Source: Alphaproteobacteria bacterium (GTDB lineage: Bacteria; Pseudomonadota; Alphaproteobacteria; Bin95). From it: a stretch of 64,000 bases of DNA. Shown piece after piece: positions 50,274 through 60,458 of this stretch; position 1 is the first letter of the stretch; each line of letters begins with the position of its first letter. The notes beneath the pieces are model-generated. The model had not been told where the DNA came from and made no database searches. It worked only from the letters and a program-made list of their open reading frames with translations. The stretch spans positions 1,024,001 to 1,088,000 of the forward strand of contig CAXXWS020000003.1 of NCBI GenBank assembly GCA_963665325.3, in the 5' to 3' direction. The position numbers were made by a program, and so were the translations under genes.

Positions 50274-51656
50274 TCAGTCGAGCAGCACCCTCGGCAGCCA
50301 GAGCGCGATATCGGGCCATGCGAGCACGAAGCTGAGGCCGATGAGCTGCAGGCAGACGAACGGGATGATGCCCCGGTAAATCGACGACAGCTTCACCTCG
50401 GGTGGCGCCACACCCTTCATGTAGAACAGCGCGAAGCCGAAGGGTGGTGTCAGGAAGGAGGTCTGGAGGTTGACCGCCACCAGCAGCGCAAACCAGTAGA
50501 TCTTTTCCGCGTGGATGACGTGCTCGCCGAAATCGAGCTCCTGCACGATCGGCGTGAACACCGGCAGCACGATGAGCGTGATCTCCAGGAAGTCGAAGAA
50601 GAATCCGAGGAAGAAGACCGTCGCCATCAGGACGATGAGCAGGCCCCAGTCGCCGAGGCCAAGCGAGAAGATCAGCTCCTCCACCACATCGTCGCCGCCG
50701 AGCGAGCGGAAGACATAGGAGAATGCCGTCGCGCCGATGAAGACGAAGAAGATCATCGCCACGGTCATCGAGGTGCGGTTCAGCACATCGCCCAACGCCT
50801 CGATGGTGAGGTTCCGGTTGATGAACGCAAGGAAGGTGGCACCGAAGGCGCCGACAGCCGCCGCCTCGGACGGCGTGGCCCAACCGGCGATGATCGACCC
50901 CAGAACCAGCACGATCAGGAAGACCGGCGGAATGAAGCCCCGCAGCACCATGCCCCCCAGCTCGGCCATGCTGCCGGGGCCGCGTTCGTCCGGCAGCGGC
51001 GGCCCGAGCCGCGGCCAGATGGCCGTGAGCACCATGATGTAAATGAAGTAGAGGCCGGAGAGCAGCAGCCCCGGGAACACCGCGGCGACGAACAGATTGC
51101 CGACCGAGATCGACAGCAGGTCCGCCATGATGACCAGCATGATGCTCGGCGGAATCAGGATGCCGAGCGTGCTGGCGGCAGCGATGGTGCCGGTCGCCAG
51201 TTCCGGGTTGTAGTTGCGCTCCAGCATGATCGGCAGCGCCATCAGCGTGATCATCACCACCGAGGCGCCGATAATGCCCGTGCTGGCCGCCATGATGGTG
51301 CCCATGACGGTGACGCCGAGCGCCAGCCCACCGGGCACCCGCCGCAGCAGGACCTGCAGGCAGTGCAGCAGGTCGTGGGCCACGCCGGAGCGTTCCAGCA
51401 TGGTGCCCATGAAGACAAAGAGTGGCACCGCGACCAGCACGAGATTTTCGGCCGCCCCGCCCCAGACGCGCGGAAGGATGTTGAAGAACTCGATCGGTGC
51501 GAACACGTCCAGAGCGGTGCCGATCAGGCCGAATGCCAGCGACGCGCCGCCGAGCGCGAAAGCGACCGGGAAGCCGGTGAACAGCAGGCAGCCCAGCCCG
51601 ATGAACATGTAGATCGCAATGTATTCCTGCAGGTGCCAGTAGATTTCCTGGAACAT
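50274..51656 (-). CDS. TRAP large permease (DctM family)
   Basis: AVPLFVFMG, ASTGIIGAS, LIPPSI, FLTPPFG. Confidence 0.93.
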   Translation of the reverse strand: MFQEIYWHLQEYIAIYMFIGLGCLLFTGFPVAFALGGASLAFGLIGTALDVFAPIEFFNILPRVWGGAAENLVLVAVPLFVFMGTMLERSGVAHDLLHCLQVLLRRVPGGLALGVTVMGTIMAASTGIIGASVVMITLMALPIMLERNYNPELATGTIAAASTLGILIPPSIMLVIMADLLSISVGNLFVAAVFPGLLLSGLYFIYIMVLTAIWPRLGPPLPDERGPGSMAELGGMVLRGFIPPVFLIVLVLGSIIAGWATPSEAAAVGAFGATFLAFINRNLTIEALGDVLNRTSMTVAMIFFVFIGATAFSYVFRSLGGDDVVEELIFSLGLGDWGLLIVLMATVFFLGFFFDFLEITLIVLPVFTPIVQELDFGEHVIHAEKIYWFALLVAVNLQTSFLTPPFGFALFYMKGVAPPEVKLSSIYRGIIPFVCLQLIGLSFVLAWPDIALWLPRVLLD

Positions 51657-51659
51657 GGT

Positions 51660-52292
51660 TCAGCGGCCCTCCGCCTGCTCGTCGCTCGACGCGATCACCA
51701 CCCGTTCGGTGATCGGTTCCTGCACGGTAAGCAGGGGCACGTTCAGGCCGGGAGGCCCGAATAGGTAGGCGGTCTTGCGCAGCCAGACGCTGATGCCGGC
51801 GAGCAGCGCAAACACGAAACCCAGGAAGAGAATGCCCTTGATGACCCAGCGATTGCTGAGACCGACCAGGGAATAGGAAATCTCATTCTGGATGAAAGAC
51901 TTGTAGGCGAAGTCCCAGGAGAACCAGATCAGCACGCAGCAATAGGGGATCATCGCGATGGTGACGCCGATCCACTCGATCCAGGCCTGCTTGCGGATCG
52001 GCAGGCGCTCGCGGATGACGTCCACCCGCACATGGCTGTTCATCACATAGCCGTAACCGAGGGCGGAGGCGAAGAGCGCGGTGTGGAAGTGCCACTCCCA
52101 TTCCTGGAGCACGGTCGATTCCAGCTGGTCGCCCAGCAGATCGATGACCCAGAGCTGGAACGTGGTGAACTTGCGTGTCACGACATCCCACATCGTCACG
52201 ATGATCAACGGGATGATGGCGACTGAACCCACCCGGCCGACAAACGTCACGATCTTGTTCAGCCGGTCGCTGATCTGCACGAGCTTTTCCAT
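51660..52292 (-). CDS. TRAP small permease (DctQ family)
   Basis: LQEWEWHF, HVRVD; 4 TM helices; GGAGG upstream. Confidence 0.9.
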   Translation of the reverse strand: MEKLVQISDRLNKIVTFVGRVGSVAIIPLIIVTMWDVVTRKFTTFQLWVIDLLGDQLESTVLQEWEWHFHTALFASALGYGYVMNSHVRVDVIRERLPIRKQAWIEWIGVTIAMIPYCCVLIWFSWDFAYKSFIQNEISYSLVGLSNRWVIKGILFLGFVFALLAGISVWLRKTAYLFGPPGLNVPLLTVQEPITERVVIASSDEQAEGR

Positions 52293-52383
52293 CGGACTCG
52301 CCCGCAACCTCCCTTGAAACTCCCGAACGCCAAACGGAGTGGCTATCGGCCCGCCTGCCCGTACGGCGTCCGGCAAGCGAGAG

Positions 52384-52418
52384 AAACCGCCGGGACGGAC
52401 TCAAGCCCATCCCGGCGG
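52384..52418 (-). terminator. Hairpin downstream of the TRAP binding-protein gene
   Basis: CCGCCGGGA...TCCCGGCGG stem followed by TTTCTC on the minus strand. Confidence 0.6.
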
Positions 52419-52463
52419 CAAGTTAGCCCCCTGCGGGGGCCGGTTCGCTAGTCGGCCCGACGG

Positions 52464-53513
52464 TCAGTCGAGATAACCGTGTTCCTTCCAGATCGCGTAT
52501 TTGTCGCGGAAGGCCTGGTAGGAAGCATGGAACTGGGCGAAGTTCGGGTCGGCCGCAATCTCCTCGGCCACAACCTCGTCCCAGGCACTGGAGAGCTTCG
52601 CGAGATCGTCGTCGCTCCAGCGAACGCTCTCGACGCCCTTTTCCTTCAGCTTCAGCATCGCCTCGAACTGAAACGCCTCGGAGCGAACGAACGACCAGGT
52701 GATCGACGCATCGCACGCATGGCGAATGATCGCCTGGTGCTGGTCGGACAGTCCTTCGAACGCCGACTTCTTCATCAGCAGTTCGCCGATTGAGGACTGC
52801 TGGTGCCAGCCCGGGAAGTAGTTGAATTTGGCGATCTGGTAGAAGCCGAGGTCGAGGTCGATCGACGGCATGGAGAACTCGGTCGCGTCGATGACGCCGC
52901 GCTCGAGCGCGGGATAGATGTCTGCGCCCGCCAGAAGCTGGGTCGAGACGCCGAGCTTGGTCATCACCTTCGCGCCCAGACCGAAGAAGCGCATCTTCTT
53001 GCCCTTCAGGTCGTCGATCGAGTTCAGCCTGGAGCGGAACCAGCCGGAGGTCTCCGGGGCGATCGCCGCGCAGTGCAGTCCGAGCAGGTCGTGCTTGGCG
53101 TACAGCTCGTTGTAGAGCTCGTCACCGCCGCCATAGCCCATCCAGGCCAACAGTTCGCCGGCGCGCGGGCCAAACGGCACTGCCGTGAAGAAGGAGAGCG
53201 CCGGGTATTTGCCAGTGTGGTAGCCAGCGGTGCCCCACATGGCGTCCACGGAGCCCGCCTCAACGGCGTCGAAGCCCTGGAGCGTCGGCACGAGCGCGCC
53301 CGGCTCATAGAATTTGATGTTCAGGTCGCCGGCGGACATGTCCTTGACGATGTCTTCATAGCGCGCCGCAACCTCGCCGATGATCGACAGCTTCGATCCG
53401 AAGGCGCTTTGCATTTTCCAGCGCACTTTCTGCGCTTCGGCGTCGCCCGCAGCACCCAGGGCGACCGCGCCCACAAGGCCGATTGCGGCTGCTGTAAGGA
53501 ATTTCTTGACCAA
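52464..53513 (-). CDS. TRAP substrate-binding protein (TakP/alpha-keto acid type)
   Basis: TTG start after GGAGGT; signal peptide; VRWKMQS, VPFGP, KMRFFGLG, YFPGWHQ. Confidence 0.9.
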   Translation of the reverse strand: MVKKFLTAAAIGLVGAVALGAAGDAEAQKVRWKMQSAFGSKLSIIGEVAARYEDIVKDMSAGDLNIKFYEPGALVPTLQGFDAVEAGSVDAMWGTAGYHTGKYPALSFFTAVPFGPRAGELLAWMGYGGGDELYNELYAKHDLLGLHCAAIAPETSGWFRSRLNSIDDLKGKKMRFFGLGAKVMTKLGVSTQLLAGADIYPALERGVIDATEFSMPSIDLDLGFYQIAKFNYFPGWHQQSSIGELLMKKSAFEGLSDQHQAIIRHACDASITWSFVRSEAFQFEAMLKLKEKGVESVRWSDDDLAKLSSAWDEVVAEEIAADPNFAQFHASYQAFRDKYAIWKEHGYLD

Positions 53514-53623
53514 CTGTGTTACCTCCCTGGTACCAGTGAACACACCCGCACATCTCCGAACGGGTGCGGAGCGCACTCTGAATAGCAGAAAAATTTTCGG
53601 CGCGCGACTCCTCCCGCCGCCTC

Positions 53624-53745
53624 TGTCGTTAGCAGATGATGTGTCCGGTTTAGGTAGCACATGGATTGTCCGGTTTGGTTTCTCCAAGACGAGGGACCTG
53701 GACGACCCGGACGAGATGGCTACAGGAACGCAGGATGGAGAAGTT
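53624..53745 (+). mobile_element. Second ISNCY/IS1202-like left-end relic
   Basis: Ungapped match to 33320-33441 (9 mismatches in 122 nt by manual count); begins TGT; transposase ATG changed to ACG. Confidence 0.85.
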
Positions 53746-53757
53746 CATTACCCCGGT

Positions 53758-56145
53758 TCAGATTGTGCCGAGCGCGAGCAGCACCTTCTGAGGGGTGAAG
53801 GGCATGTCGGTGAGCCGCGCCCCTAACGGCGCCAGCGCGTCGTTGAGTGCGTTCATCACCGCGGCCGGCGCGCCGCAAGTGCCCGCTTCTCCCGCACCCT
53901 TGGCCCCGAGATCGGATTCGAAGGTTGGCGAGACCGCGTGGCCGCATCGCATGTCGGGCAATTCCGCCGCCATCGGCACGAGATAGTCGGCCATGTTGGC
54001 GTTCAGCATTTGCCCGTCGCGGTCGTACACGCACTCTTCCCAGAGTGCTGCGCCCAGCCCCTGCACGACACCGCCCCGGATCTGCTCGTCCACCAGCAAC
54101 GGATTGATGACCGTGCCGCAATCCTCGATGCACCAGTGGTCGAGCAGGGTAATGAAGCCGGTCTCGACATCGACCTCGAGATATGAGGCCTGCGCACCGT
54201 TGGTGAACGCAAAGGGGTGCTTGCGCGGGACATAGTGGCGGGTCGCGACCAGCTCCGACTGGAAGCCGTCCGGCAGGGTATCAGGCCGGTAGTAGCAGAT
54301 GCGCCCGATTTCATCGAGGCCGATGCGTTCCGCCCCCGTCTCCGCGTCCACCACGACCCCGCCCCGGATGTCGAGGTTCCCCGCCTCATCCTGAAGCATG
54401 ACCGCCGCAGCGCGGAGAATCTGGATCCTGAGCGCGCGGCCTGCCTGGGCCACCGCCTCACCACCGATGCCGGCTGCGCGCGAGCCCCATGTGCCGCCCC
54501 CGTAGGGCGTGTGCTCGGTGTCGCCGGTGACGATCTTGAGACGCTCGGGAGGGACGCCGACGGCCGTTGCCGCGACCTGCGAGATCACCGCCTCCATGCC
54601 CTGGCCCTGCTCGGTCGCGCCCGTCGCGACGAAGACATTGCCCCTGGCGTCGAGGCGCAAGGTCGCCCCGTCCTGGGCGGATATGCGCGCGCCGCCCACG
54701 CCATAGAACATGGCGGAGGGGTTCGTCACCTCGATGAAGCTCGCGAGGCCGATGCCGCGATAGACGCCTTGCGTGCGAAGGGTGTCGCGCTCCGCCTTCA
54801 GGGCTTCGTAGTCCATCGCCTCCAGCAGCTTCGCGAGGCTCTCCTGGTGGGAGAGGTTCTCGAACGGGAGCCCCTGCACCGACCGGCACGGATACGAATC
54901 GTCCGCACGAAGGTTCCTCCGGCGAAGCTCTGCCGGATCGAGTCCGGTCGCGCGGGCCGCCGCATCCACCAGCCCCTCGGCCACCGCGCATTTGATCGGG
55001 TGTCCGACCGCGCGGTACTGACACATCATGTTCTTGTTCTGAAAGACGACAGTCGCCTGCGCCCGGTAGTGTTCGAACTCGTAGGGGCCGCCCATCAGGT
55101 TCACGACCTGGTTCACCTCGATGCCGCTCGTGCGCGGATACATCGAGTAAGGGCCGATGCCGCTGAGCGCGTCGATCTCGAAGCCGAGAATGGAGCCGTC
55201 ATTCCTGACCGCGATCTTTCCCCGGACCCGCTGGTCGCGCGCATGGATGTCGGACAGGAAGCTCTCCAGCCGGTCCGCCACGAACTTGACCGGCCGCTTG
55301 AGCAAAAGCGAGAGCCCGACGGTCGCGATCTCGTCGGCGTAGGTGTGCACCTTGATCCCGAACGAACCCCCGACGTCGCGCGCGATCACGCGGACCCGAT
55401 GCTCGTCGAGGCGAAAATGGGTCGCCAGGATGTTCTGGATCATGTGCGGGCACTGGGTGTTGTGCCACACGGTGAGCTGCCCGTCGCCGGGATTCCAGTC
55501 GGCGAGGATCGCCCGCGGCTCGAGGCACACCCCGGTGTGCCGGGCGAAGACATATGTCTCCTCGATGACATGGTCGGCTTCCGCATATGCCGCATCGACG
55601 TCGCCGAAGTTCGCGTTGCGCCGCCACGCGAGGTTGTCGCCGAGGCTCTCGTGGATGACGGTCGTGGCGGGCTCGAGCGCGGTCTCGGCGTCGGCCACGG
55701 CGGGCAGCACTTCCCAGTCGATCTTCACAAGCTCCGCCGCATCCTCCGCCCTGGCGCGGCTATCGGCGACCACCGCCACCACCGCCTCGCCCTGCCAGGT
55801 TGCCGTCTCCGGGGGCAACGCATATTGCGGCGCGGATTTGAGGCCCTCGAGGTGGGTCAACACCCCGACCCAGGGGTCGTGTATCTCGGCCAGCTCGCGT
55901 CCGGTCACGACAGCGATCACCCCCGGGGCCGCCTTCGCCGCTTCCGCGTCGATCGACCGGATCCGCGCATGGGCATGGGGAGAGCGGACGAACGCCGCGT
56001 GGCCCGCCCGCTTGCCGAGCTCGATGTCGTCGACGAAGGTGCCGCGACCCTCGGCGAGACGAGGCGCATTGGGGCGCGGAACCGACCGGCCGATATAGGA
56101 GTTCGGGCGGTCGAGGAGCCAGCGATCCGCGATGAGATCGGTCAT
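53758..56145 (-). CDS. Xanthine dehydrogenase family molybdopterin-binding subunit (CoxL-like)
   Basis: VRSPHAHA, VGGSFGIK, QYRAVG, EQGQG, GTWGSR, GAGEAG. Confidence 0.93.
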   Translation of the reverse strand: MTDLIADRWLLDRPNSYIGRSVPRPNAPRLAEGRGTFVDDIELGKRAGHAAFVRSPHAHARIRSIDAEAAKAAPGVIAVVTGRELAEIHDPWVGVLTHLEGLKSAPQYALPPETATWQGEAVVAVVADSRARAEDAAELVKIDWEVLPAVADAETALEPATTVIHESLGDNLAWRRNANFGDVDAAYAEADHVIEETYVFARHTGVCLEPRAILADWNPGDGQLTVWHNTQCPHMIQNILATHFRLDEHRVRVIARDVGGSFGIKVHTYADEIATVGLSLLLKRPVKFVADRLESFLSDIHARDQRVRGKIAVRNDGSILGFEIDALSGIGPYSMYPRTSGIEVNQVVNLMGGPYEFEHYRAQATVVFQNKNMMCQYRAVGHPIKCAVAEGLVDAAARATGLDPAELRRRNLRADDSYPCRSVQGLPFENLSHQESLAKLLEAMDYEALKAERDTLRTQGVYRGIGLASFIEVTNPSAMFYGVGGARISAQDGATLRLDARGNVFVATGATEQGQGMEAVISQVAATAVGVPPERLKIVTGDTEHTPYGGGTWGSRAAGIGGEAVAQAGRALRIQILRAAAVMLQDEAGNLDIRGGVVVDAETGAERIGLDEIGRICYYRPDTLPDGFQSELVATRHYVPRKHPFAFTNGAQASYLEVDVETGFITLLDHWCIEDCGTVINPLLVDEQIRGGVVQGLGAALWEECVYDRDGQMLNANMADYLVPMAAELPDMRCGHAVSPTFESDLGAKGAGEAGTCGAPAAVMNALNDALAPLGARLTDMPFTPQKVLLALGTI

Positions 56146-56624
56146 GACCTGCCTCCTTCGCGCGCGCGGGCCATCTCGAACGCATCGACGATCGCCTCGT
56201 AGCCCGTACACCGGCAGTAGTTTCCGGAGATGAACTCGCGAATCTCGCGCCGGCTGGCAGTGGGATTGCGTTCCCTGAGTTCGGCCAGGGTGAGAAGCAT
56301 GCCGGGGGTGCAGTATCCGCATTGGAGTGCGTTGCGCTCGATGAACGCATCCTGGAGGGCACGGATCTCGCCCGTGTCGCTTACCCCCTCGATCGTCCAC
56401 ACCTCCGCCCCATCCGCCTGCGCGGCCAACATGAGGCACCCGCGCACGATGCGCCCGTCCACCCGCACGGTGCAGGCTCCGCACACGCCGTGCTCGCAGC
56501 CGACATGGCTGCCGGTGAGGCCGAGCTCCTCGCGCAGGAAGTCCACCAGGTTCATCCGCGCCTCGACGCGGCGGGACGCGAGTTCGCCGTTCACCCTCAC
56601 ACTGACTTCGACGTTGGTGTCCAT
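56142..56624 (-). CDS. 2Fe-2S subunit (CoxS-like)
   Basis: GCEHGVCGACT, QCGYCTPG, CRCTGY. Confidence 0.94.
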   Translation of the reverse strand: MDTNVEVSVRVNGELASRRVEARMNLVDFLREELGLTGSHVGCEHGVCGACTVRVDGRIVRGCLMLAAQADGAEVWTIEGVSDTGEIRALQDAFIERNALQCGYCTPGMLLTLAELRERNPTASRREIREFISGNYCRCTGYEAIVDAFEMARAREGGRS

Positions 56625-56636
56625 CGATTCCCTCCC

Positions 56637-57497
56637 TCAGCCCGCCGCCGCAAGCGGGCCCAGGACCCGCTTGACGAGCACCCCCGCGAGATGCCGGCGC
56701 ATCGCCGCGTCTGCATTCAGGTCCTCGAACGGGTCCAGCTCCTCCTTGAGCGCTTCGGCGATCCGGGCGCCCAACGCATCCGACCAGCTCTCCCCCTGGA
56801 GCAGCGCCGCGCTCTGCACCGCTGCGACGGGCCGCTCACCGGCGCCGAAGAACACGAGGCGGCCGCCGCCGAAGCTGCCATCTTCGATCTCGACATGGGC
56901 GGCGAGTCCGATCATCGCGTAGTCGCCCTGCCGTCGCGCGAACTCAAGGAAGCCCGATCTCCAGCTCGCGCCGATTCCGGGAATCTCGACCGAGGTCAGG
57001 ATCTCGTCCGGACCGAGAGCCGTTTCGTAGAGCCCCTGGAAGAATGCGTCCGCATCCACGGTCCGGCTGCCGCCCTTGCCGGCGATCACCATTCGCGCGC
57101 CCAGGGCGACAGCACAGGCGGGGAGCTCGGCCGCCGGGTCTGCGAACGCGATTGAGCCGCCGAAGGTGCCGCGATTGCGAACGGCGGGGTGGGCGATGTG
57201 CGGCATGGCGTTTGCGACGAGCGGCGCATGGGTTGCGACGAGTTCCGAGTTCTCCACGTCCGCGTGGCAGGTCATGGCGCCGATCCTGAGGCCGCCGCCG
57301 GTCTCCTCGATCCCCGCAAGGCCTGCCACTCGGCCGATATCGACCAGAAGCGCGGGAGCGGAGAGCCGCATGTTGAGGGTGGCCATGAGGCTCTGGCCGC
57401 CGGCGAGGACTCTGGCGTCCTCCCCGTGTTCGTGCAGCAGGTCGATGGCGTCTTCGAGGCTTTCCGGCCTGGCATAGGCGAATGGGGCAGGTTTCAT
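56637..57497 (-). CDS. FAD-binding subunit (CoxM-like)
   Basis: MKPAPF, LAGGQSL, RNRGTFGGS, ADPAAE. Confidence 0.93.
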   Translation of the reverse strand: MKPAPFAYARPESLEDAIDLLHEHGEDARVLAGGQSLMATLNMRLSAPALLVDIGRVAGLAGIEETGGGLRIGAMTCHADVENSELVATHAPLVANAMPHIAHPAVRNRGTFGGSIAFADPAAELPACAVALGARMVIAGKGGSRTVDADAFFQGLYETALGPDEILTSVEIPGIGASWRSGFLEFARRQGDYAMIGLAAHVEIEDGSFGGGRLVFFGAGERPVAAVQSAALLQGESWSDALGARIAEALKEELDPFEDLNADAAMRRHLAGVLVKRVLGPLAAAG

Positions 57498-57563
57498 CGG
57501 CAAGTTCCCCCATATGCAGGCCCGGCTGTCATGCGGGTCTTTCGACTGCCGGGCGGCGGCGGC

Positions 57564-58466
57564 TCAATCGTCCGCCGCAGCCGCGGGCATGCTGCCGGCT
57601 GCGGCCCGATACCAGTCAAGGATGTCGCTCCCGGTCCAGAGAACGGCGCTCCCGGTGCCCGAGACAGCGTCCAGCACTTTCTCGAAATACTTGATGCGGA
57701 ACGGCGTGCCCGAAATGTAGGGATGCACCGCAATCGCCATTATACGCGCGCCCCGCTCCCCCTCCCGGTCCAGGCGCTCGAAGGCGTCCATGCACCGGTC
57801 GTAGAACTCCGCTGCCTTGTGGTGCTGGACGAGCATCATCGGGATGTCGTTCAGCTCCACCGTATAGGGGATGGATGTGAGGTTGCCGTGCTCGGTCCGG
57901 ATGTCGAATGGCTGGTCGTCCATCGGGAAGTCGGCGACATATTCGATGCCGGCTTCGGCGAGGTAATCAGGGGTTTCGAAGGTCTCGGTCAGGCCGGGAC
58001 CCATCCAGCCACGGGGCGGGCGGCCCGTGAACTCCCGGATCGTCTCGATTGTCTGCCGGATGTCCTCGCGCTGGTCCTCTATCAGGTGGGTCGGGCGCTG
58101 CCGGTAGGCGTGGCCGAGAAACTCCCAGCCTGCATCGCGCGCGGCGCCGGCAATGCGGGGATACTGGACGCAGACCGAGCCGTTCACCGACATGGTGACC
58201 GGGATGCCGCGCGAGACGAGCGCCTCGTGGAACCGCCAGAACCCGACCCGCATGCCGTATTCCTGCCACGACCAGTTCGGAATGTCGGGGATGTGGACCT
58301 GATGCCCCGGCGGCGGAAGCACCGTGCGCGGCATGGGCTTCTCGATGTCCCAGTTCTCGATGTTCACGATAACCCAGACCGCCACTCGCTTGCCGTCGGG
58401 GAGCGCGAGCGGCTCGCGGTCAACCATGGCCGAGTAGTCGATGCGCTCACGCGGCTTCATCGCCAT
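57564..58466 (-). CDS. Polysaccharide deacetylase family protein (PuuE allantoinase-like)
   Basis: EYGMRVGFWR, RGWMGPGL, YTVELND, AVHPY. Confidence 0.88.
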   Translation of the reverse strand: MAMKPRERIDYSAMVDREPLALPDGKRVAVWVIVNIENWDIEKPMPRTVLPPPGHQVHIPDIPNWSWQEYGMRVGFWRFHEALVSRGIPVTMSVNGSVCVQYPRIAGAARDAGWEFLGHAYRQRPTHLIEDQREDIRQTIETIREFTGRPPRGWMGPGLTETFETPDYLAEAGIEYVADFPMDDQPFDIRTEHGNLTSIPYTVELNDIPMMLVQHHKAAEFYDRCMDAFERLDREGERGARIMAIAVHPYISGTPFRIKYFEKVLDAVSGTGSAVLWTGSDILDWYRAAAGSMPAAAADD

Positions 58467-58594
58467 GGGGACAGACCTCCACAAGGGTCGCCGCCGGCTC
58501 GGACCGTTGGCGGGCGCCGGCTGCGAGGTCCCGGATCGACGATAGGCAGGCCGTTCCGGGCTGTCAACGAAGGGAGCACGCCGGGCGGAACGAC

Positions 58595-59689
58595 TCACCC
58601 ATTGCCGATGGCCGCGTTGATCGCTGGCATGACCTTCTCCGCCATCAACTCCATCGACCGGATGCCGAGCGCCTTGTCCTCCCAGTCCTTGCCGGCATAG
58701 AGCAGCGTCCCGAAGTCGCCCGTTACCTCGCGGAAGGCGAGCAACTGGTCCACCACGCTGGCGACGTCGCCCGCGATGACGAGGCTGTCCACCACATAGT
58801 CGAGGGTCAGCTTCTCGTCCGGGAAATCGGGCGCGGGCTTGAACGCGGCGTGGCGGTTGGCCTTCCTGAGCTTGGTGAAGAGCTGCTTGTAGTAAAATCG
58901 GTAGGGGCTGCGCTCGTTCTCCTTGCCGTAGTCGAGCGCGGTCCGGCGGTCGTCATGGACGAAGATCGACCGCGCGACGCGCCAGTTGCCGGGATCGGCC
59001 GTGCGGCCCGCCTCCTCGCATCCCTGCACATAGTTCGCCCAGTGGGTGGGGACCCATTTCGGCTGCAGGAAGTTCGCCGAGATCGGGAAGAAGCCCCTTC
59101 GGCCGATCTCGACCGCGCTCTTCGAGTGCGGCGAGACGACGGTGGCCAGGATGGGCGGGTGCGGCTTCTGGTAGGGCTTGGCGATGGGGCCGACCCCGAT
59201 CTCCGGGAAGAGCGTCTCGCGGGTCGTGATGTTCCAGTGCTTGCCTTCGAGGTCGTAGGGCGGCTCACCCTGCCAGATGTTCAGGATGTGGCCGATGGAC
59301 TCCAGGAACATCTCGCCCCGGTCCAAGCCGCGTATGCCGAGCGCCTCTGCGTCGGACTCGAGCGCGCCCGGGCTGATGCCGAGCAGGAACCGCCCCTTGA
59401 GCAGGTGGTCCAGCATGGCCGCCTGGGCGGCGATGAGCACGGGATGGCTGTGGGAGAGGTTGGCGGTGCCGGTCCCGAGCTTGATCTGTTTCGTGTCGGA
59501 AACCAGGCTCGCCTGGAACAGCATCGAATTAGTGATGCTCTCGGCCGCGTCGGTGACGTGCTCGCCGACATAAGCCTCGGAGTAGCCGAGCCGGTCGGCG
59601 AGGATAACCGCCTCGCGGTCCTCCTCCAGGACCTCGGTATAATTCCGGTCCAGCCGGTGGATCGGCATGGTGAAGAAGCCGAGCTTCAA
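58595..59689 (-). CDS. LLM class flavin-dependent oxidoreductase
   Basis: TTG start after GGAG; KLGFFTMPIH, YVGEH, KPYQKPHPP. Confidence 0.9.
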   Translation of the reverse strand: MKLGFFTMPIHRLDRNYTEVLEEDREAVILADRLGYSEAYVGEHVTDAAESITNSMLFQASLVSDTKQIKLGTGTANLSHSHPVLIAAQAAMLDHLLKGRFLLGISPGALESDAEALGIRGLDRGEMFLESIGHILNIWQGEPPYDLEGKHWNITTRETLFPEIGVGPIAKPYQKPHPPILATVVSPHSKSAVEIGRRGFFPISANFLQPKWVPTHWANYVQGCEEAGRTADPGNWRVARSIFVHDDRRTALDYGKENERSPYRFYYKQLFTKLRKANRHAAFKPAPDFPDEKLTLDYVVDSLVIAGDVASVVDQLLAFREVTGDFGTLLYAGKDWEDKALGIRSMELMAEKVMPAINAAIGNG

Positions 59690-59726
59690 GGGCGGAACTC
59701 CGGGTTTCGGGGCGCTGGCACCCAGC

Positions 59727-60458
59727 TCAGGCTCCGAGATAGTACTGCTTGACCATCTCGTTCTCCGCCAGCGCAGCGGCCGAGGGGGCGGCGAACGCGA
59801 TGTCGCCATGCACGATGATGTATCCGCGGTCGGCGATCTTGATTGCCTGGTTGAAATTCTGCTCGGCCATCAGCACCGTCAGGTTCCGCTGCTCCTTCAA
59901 CTCCCTGATCTTCGCGATCACGCGGCTCACAAGAATCGGCGCGAGCCCGACCGACGGCTCGTCCACGAGCAGGATGCGGGGCTCGGACATGAGCGCGCGG
60001 GCAATCGCAAGCATCTGCTGTTCGCCCCCGGACATCGAGCCCGCGAGCTGCCGGCGGCGCTCGGCGAGCACCGGGAACGCCTCGAAGCAGAACGCGAGAT
60101 TGGCGCCGATCTGCCGCCTGGCCGACTCACGGTAGGCCCCGAGCATCAGGTTCTCCTCCACCGTCAGGCGGGGAAAGAGGCGCCGGCCTTCCGGGACGAG
60201 GGAGATCCCGAGTTCCACTACTTCCTGAGGCGTCTTGCCGACGAGTTCGATCCGCTCGCCGTCGTCGGTTTCGAGCGCGATGGAGCCGGCGGTGGGCTCG
60301 ACGATTCCCATGATGCAGTGGATGAGCGTTGATTTGCCGTTGCCGTTGGTGCCGAGAAGCGCGACCGTCTCACCCGGCTCGACGGAGATCGAGACGCCGT
60401 GGAGGACGCGCACCGAGCCGTAACCGGCCTCCACATCGCTTACGACAATCCTACTCAC
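59727..60458 (-). CDS. Branched-chain-type ABC ATPase (LivF family)
   Basis: GTNGNGKS, SGGEQQM, DEPSVGLAP. Confidence 0.92.
   Translation of the reverse strand: MSRIVVSDVEAGYGSVRVLHGVSISVEPGETVALLGTNGNGKSTLIHCIMGIVEPTAGSIALETDDGERIELVGKTPQEVVELGISLVPEGRRLFPRLTVEENLMLGAYRESARRQIGANLAFCFEAFPVLAERRRQLAGSMSGGEQQMLAIARALMSEPRILLVDEPSVGLAPILVSRVIAKIRELKEQRNLTVLMAEQNFNQAIKIADRGYIIVHGDIAFAAPSAAALAENEMVKQYYLGA

Noticed and set aside
52464-53687. Long N-terminal extension of the TRAP binding protein in the ORF track
   Set aside because: The extension reads through the IS relic; the RBS and signal peptide support a TTG start at 53513.
53758-57497. Aerobic CO dehydrogenase
   Set aside because: The active-site loop lacks the Cu-binding CSFR motif, and no cox accessory genes are adjacent.
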